Of a stretch of 60,584 nt of DNA, positions 56,411-60,584 are shown one piece after another. Below the pieces are notes generated by a model, which was given only the letters and a program-made list of their open reading frames with translations, searched no databases and was not told the DNA's origin. The DNA is from Cyclobacteriaceae bacterium. Lineage in GTDB: Bacteria > Bacteroidota > Bacteroidia > Cytophagales > Cyclobacteriaceae. The stretch lies in NCBI GenBank assembly GCA_027067135.1, contig JAMOMJ010000456.1:1-60584 (forward strand), given 5' to 3'. Both the position numbers and the translations under genes were made by a program. Position 1 is the first letter of the stretch. The number at the start of each line of letters is the position of its first letter.

Positions 56411-57873
56411 AAATCACTTGTTAAACTCAAGAAAAAACCACTTTCACCAATATTATTAAACGAGTATTCTGCTCTAATTACAAAATCGTACATAGTTACA
56501 AAGTCGAGACCAAATCCTGCACCTGCCAACCATCTGTCAGATAAGTGGGCATTACCTTCTAAATTTTCAGTATTTGTAGCATAGCCAAAATCTACATAAG
56601 TTTTTAAATATAAGGCATACGGAATGTACTGAAACTGTTCCAGTGGCATACTTTTCCATTTTGTACTTCCTCTAAAAACTGCCTTTTTAAATGTGCTCTT
56701 ATTCAAAAAATAGTTCTGAGCAAAAATGGTGTACAACTCATAGCCTCTTACCAATCTGTTACTAAACCCTAAGCCCGACAACAAGGTATAAGGCTGTTCA
56801 GGGGGCGTGCTTAAATTAACTGATACAAGGCTATTAAAATAAAATCCTTTTTTCAAATCAAAATACTTAGCATAGCTCGTTTGAAAACTAGTGCGATATA
56901 CACTATTTTTTAGTCCAAAACCTATATGGTCTATACCAATAGAAAAGCTATATCCATCCAAAGGGTAAGCAGCTATATCACGCCTATCAACACTATATGA
57001 GTAATTTAATTTTAAGATATTCTGCTCATTGGCGCCCGTACCTAAATAATTAGGATTTAATAAAAGCACAGTATCTGCTACAGTATTTTTGTTATAGTCA
57101 ACCCCAAAGCTATGTCTCGTATAAAAAGAATTTCTTAATGTATAAGAAACCCCAAACCCTAAAGTCGTTCGCAATAAATCTTCCGTTTCAACAAACACTC
57201 TTTTATTCTCAATTGTTTTATAATGCAAATTATTATACTCCAAATATTTTGCTGAGAAAGATAGCCCATGCCGTTGGCTCCTGTCTATGTAAGGCATGGA
57301 ATAGTTTACTTCAAACTTTTTAGTAAAGCCAAATTGGGCTGTTACCGTCATTCGTTCGTTCATGCCACGCATGTTAAAATGATATAAACTTAGCCCGTAA
57401 ATTAATCTGCTCAAATCTGCATCGTGGTTAACCCACCAATCATTAAAATTACGATCAATTATGTCTAATAAAGGAATTGGGAACAAATACCATCTTTCAG
57501 TAACATTTATAACAATATCAACTTTATCAAAATCTAATTCCAAGATAGCTACCTCAACTTCGTTGAAAAGTTTTGTGTTGTAAATTTTATTTCTATCTGC
57601 AATTATTATTTCTTCAAGTGCTTCAAATGAGTATGCCCCTCCTTTTTCAATAGAAAGCTCTCTCAAAATAATACGATCTTTTGTCTTTTTATTTCCTGTT
57701 AAAAAGATATTATCAATAAGAACTCTTCTAGTGGATGCTAATGTATCAACTAGAGAATTATCGAGAGACTGTGAAAATACAGCAAAGGGAAAGAAGAGAA
57801 AAAATAACAGAAAAAAGCAATTTCTTGCCTCACTCTTAATGAACCTATTTGTCACAGTGAATTTATTTTGCAT
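56407..57873 (-). CDS. POTRA-domain outer-membrane beta-barrel protein (BamA/Omp85-superfamily)
   Basis: 488 aa. It has a POTRA-like start (IFLTGNKKTKDRIILRELSIEKGGAYS), then beta-strand-rich sequence ending in an aromatic residue (LSLTSDF). Confidence 0.65.
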   Translation of the reverse strand: MQNKFTVTNRFIKSEARNCFFLLFFLFFPFAVFSQSLDNSLVDTLASTRRVLIDNIFLTGNKKTKDRIILRELSIEKGGAYSFEALEEIIIADRNKIYNTKLFNEVEVAILELDFDKVDIVINVTERWYLFPIPLLDIIDRNFNDWWVNHDADLSRLIYGLSLYHFNMRGMNERMTVTAQFGFTKKFEVNYSMPYIDRSQRHGLSFSAKYLEYNNLHYKTIENKRVFVETEDLLRTTLGFGVSYTLRNSFYTRHSFGVDYNKNTVADTVLLLNPNYLGTGANEQNILKLNYSYSVDRRDIAAYPLDGYSFSIGIDHIGFGLKNSVYRTSFQTSYAKYFDLKKGFYFNSLVSVNLSTPPEQPYTLLSGLGFSNRLVRGYELYTIFAQNYFLNKSTFKKAVFRGSTKWKSMPLEQFQYIPYALYLKTYVDFGYATNTENLEGNAHLSDRWLAGAGFGLDFVTMYDFVIRAEYSFNNIGESGFFLSLTSDF

Positions 57874-58416
57874 ATAGCATAAGCTACAAAAATAAGAGTC
57901 TATGGCTAACTTTTACTAAACTGGTAATATAATCTTAATCGAACTACATCAATTTTTCTTTCCAACATCATACTAGAAGGTTTTTTGAAGCTCAACTGAT
58001 GAATGATCTGGGTTAAGAAAGAAAAACCGCTGTTCTATCCCAAGTCGATGGCTAACTTGAAAATCCCCAGTCCTAGGGCAAGCTGAACAAATTGGAACAA
58101 CCTTAATTCTGAACTATTAATTGCTGGATGATTTCAAATACTAAAACCTGCTATTCAAACATTAAACTTTAAAAGTTCATTAGGTTTAAAGATCACTCCA
58201 AGTCTAATATAAAAAATTTGAGTTTTAGCTTCAGGTTCAATACGATGTCCAATATCACCATTAAATTTTTCAAGTAGTATTGGATTGCCCCTGAGTAAAA
58301 TTGTAAAAGAAAATAAAAATCATATAAAAAATATCGATTTCGAACATTTTACCGAAAAAGTAGAAACACTATTTCTTGCAATTATTAATTCAAGGCTTCA
58401 AAAAAAGTGTAAGCAC

Positions 58417-58445
58417 AAAAAAGCCCCGTACTGTATGTACGAGGC
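58417..58445 (-). terminator. Rho-independent terminator after tRNA-Glu
   Basis: On the minus strand it reads GCCTCGTAC-ataca-GTACGGGGC followed by TTTTTT. Confidence 0.6.
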
Positions 58446-58453
58446 GATTTTTG

Positions 58454-58525
58454 TAGTCCGTAGGGGAATCGAACCCCTGTTGCTGAGATGAAAACCCAGT
58501 GTCCTAACCCCTAGACGAACGGACC
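58454..58525 (-). tRNA. tRNA-Glu (anticodon UUC)
   Basis: The reverse complement is GGTCCGTTCGTCTAGGGGTTAGGACACTGGGTTTTCATCTCAGCAACAGGGGTTCGATTCCCCTACGGACTA. It folds as a cloverleaf with acceptor GGTCCGT/ACGGACT, anticodon stem CTGGG/CTCAG, loop TT-TTC-AT and T-arm GGGGTTCGATTCCCC. It closely resembles bacterial tRNA-Glu. CCA is not encoded. Confidence 0.9.
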
Positions 58526-58578
58526 TCCTTGAAAAGGTGATGCAAATATAGCAGTCGTTTTTATTATGCCAAACTTGA

Positions 58579-59694
<1,116 letters not shown>

Positions 59695-59716
59695 AAAAAG
59701 TTTATAATAAATAAAT

Positions 59717-59741
59717 AAAAAGCGTCCTATGGGCGCTTTTT
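59717..59741 (+). terminator. Rho-independent terminator after gap
   Basis: AAAAGCGTCC-tat-GGGCGCTTTTT. Confidence 0.65.
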
Positions 59742-59764
59742 ATGTTTATTGAAGATTCTACTAT

Positions 59765-59828
59765 TAACCTGAGTTCGGAATAAGGAATGCTGTCAGCTTT
59801 AGCTATTCCTTATCCCGAACTCAGGTTA
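59765..59828. repeat. Complete 64-bp palindromic element, family C
   Basis: TAACCTGAGTTCGGAATAAGGAAT ...16 nt... ATTCCTTATCCCGAACTCAGGTTA. It lies between convergent genes, and its right end abuts the stop codon of the EamA gene. Confidence 0.8.
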
Positions 59829-60584
59829 TTAAGTCTTTCTTTTATCTAAGAGTTGTTTAAAAAATACATTTAAAATTACGCCAATAAGTACCAAAAATAT
59901 CCCTGTAAATGATTTCATCGTATAGGATTCATCAAAAAGCAGGAACCCAAATAAAAGAGCAAAAACTATCCCTATGTATTGAATACTAGAGATTTTAGAT
60001 AATTCCTCCAGTTGATATGCTTTGGTCATAAAATACTGAGCGAATTGAGTTGCTAGCCCAATAGATAATAATACAATTAGTTCCATTAACGAAGGGGTTG
60101 TCCAACCAGTGAACAATAGATACAGACCAGTAATTGGTATAGTAACCAAAGGGAAATAAAATATGATAACCAATGGATGTTCACTCAGCTTAAGCTTTCG
60201 AATGCTATTATAGGCCATACCAGCAGCCATGGCAGAAGAAACCCCAACCAGCAACTGCAATTGTGTTACCCTTGGGTCAAACCCTTGAATAAGAATTACA
60301 CCAATAAATGAGATAAGAAAAAATAACCACTGAATAGAATAAACCCTTTCTTTTACAACTAAAATCCCTAGAAGCGATGTAAAAATAGGAGACAAATATT
60401 GGATGGCTACGGCACTTGCAAGCGGCATTTTTTGGATGGTGGAAAAAAATAATAAAAGTCCAATTGAGCCTGCAATTCCTCTTATAATTAACCATTTTTT
60501 ATTATTACCCCATAAACTAATTCCAAGTCTGTTGAGAGTTACAAATGAAATTATAAACGAAACTACTGATCTAAAGAACACAAT
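59829..60584 (-). CDS. DMT-superfamily (EamA-like) transporter, probably 5'-truncated by the window edge
   Basis: It has 250+ aa, ~8-9 TM helices visible and two EamA-like halves. The track start is a GTG 3 nt from the window end, so the true start is probably outside the window. Confidence 0.7.
   Translation of the reverse strand: MVFFRSVVSFIISFVTLNRLGISLWGNNKKWLIIRGIAGSIGLLLFFSTIQKMPLASAVAIQYLSPIFTSLLGILVVKERVYSIQWLFFLISFIGVILIQGFDPRVTQLQLLVGVSSAMAAGMAYNSIRKLKLSEHPLVIIFYFPLVTIPITGLYLLFTGWTTPSLMELIVLLSIGLATQFAQYFMTKAYQLEELSKISSIQYIGIVFALLFGFLLFDESYTMKSFTGIFLVLIGVILNVFFKQLLDKRKT

Noticed and set aside
57874-58416. Possible gene fragment in the ~540-bp gap before tRNA-Glu (a short minus-strand frame reading ...GNPILLEKFNGDIGHRIEPEAKTQIFYIRLGVIFKPNELLKFNV*)
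   Set aside because: It is only ~45-50 codons long with no start context and no motif I can recognise, which is not enough evidence to call a gene or pseudogene.

Overview
The window looks like a chromosomal segment of a Bacteroidota genome, probably marine Cytophagia or Flavobacteriia, judged from SusC/SusD genes, a hybrid two-component regulator, a T9SS C-terminal sorting domain and many Na+/solute symporters. I cannot name the species. Gene content from left to right: (1) 1-7245, minus strand, a degradative cluster without SusC/D: beta-helix lipoprotein, clan GH-D alpha-galactosidase-like lipoprotein, NagA-like amidohydrolase and an SSS symporter. (2) 7566-10691: a DUF4212 plus SSS symporter pair, a Crp/Fnr regulator and a small membrane protein. 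(3) 10967-31058: a complete polysaccharide utilisation locus. It encodes a T9SS-secreted multidomain protein, a LamG lipoprotein, SusD, SusC, a lipoprotein paralogous to the secreted protein, an MFS transporter, GH130, an orphan DHp-only histidine-kinase fragment, a GH42-like enzyme and a hybrid two-component system. (4) An AlkD-like gene, then galT-galK-SGLT. (5) A gntP/glycerate-kinase fusion remnant. (6) 39155-45784: an AraC / LolA-like / beta-barrel / MMPL / START module. (7) Housekeeping-type genes: GNAT, M20 amidohydrolase, NagB-like, DEAD-box helicase, ung, apaG, a methyltransferase, fahA, a flavin reductase, a MORN protein, a POTRA/BamA-like protein, tRNA-Glu, gap and an EamA transporter. 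The most notable observations are as follows. A ~21.9 kb PUL-bearing segment is bracketed by 216-bp direct repeats that duplicate a tail-to-tail gene junction. A ~260-nt element is present twice with compensatory stem changes and is a candidate structured RNA. Two paralogous PUL proteins have a large domain I cannot assign to a family. One 16-bp operator-like palindrome is shared by two amino-sugar-type loci. Several miniature palindromic element families are present, one with clear 8-bp target-site duplications. I saw no CRISPR array, transposase, integrase or recognisable defence system.
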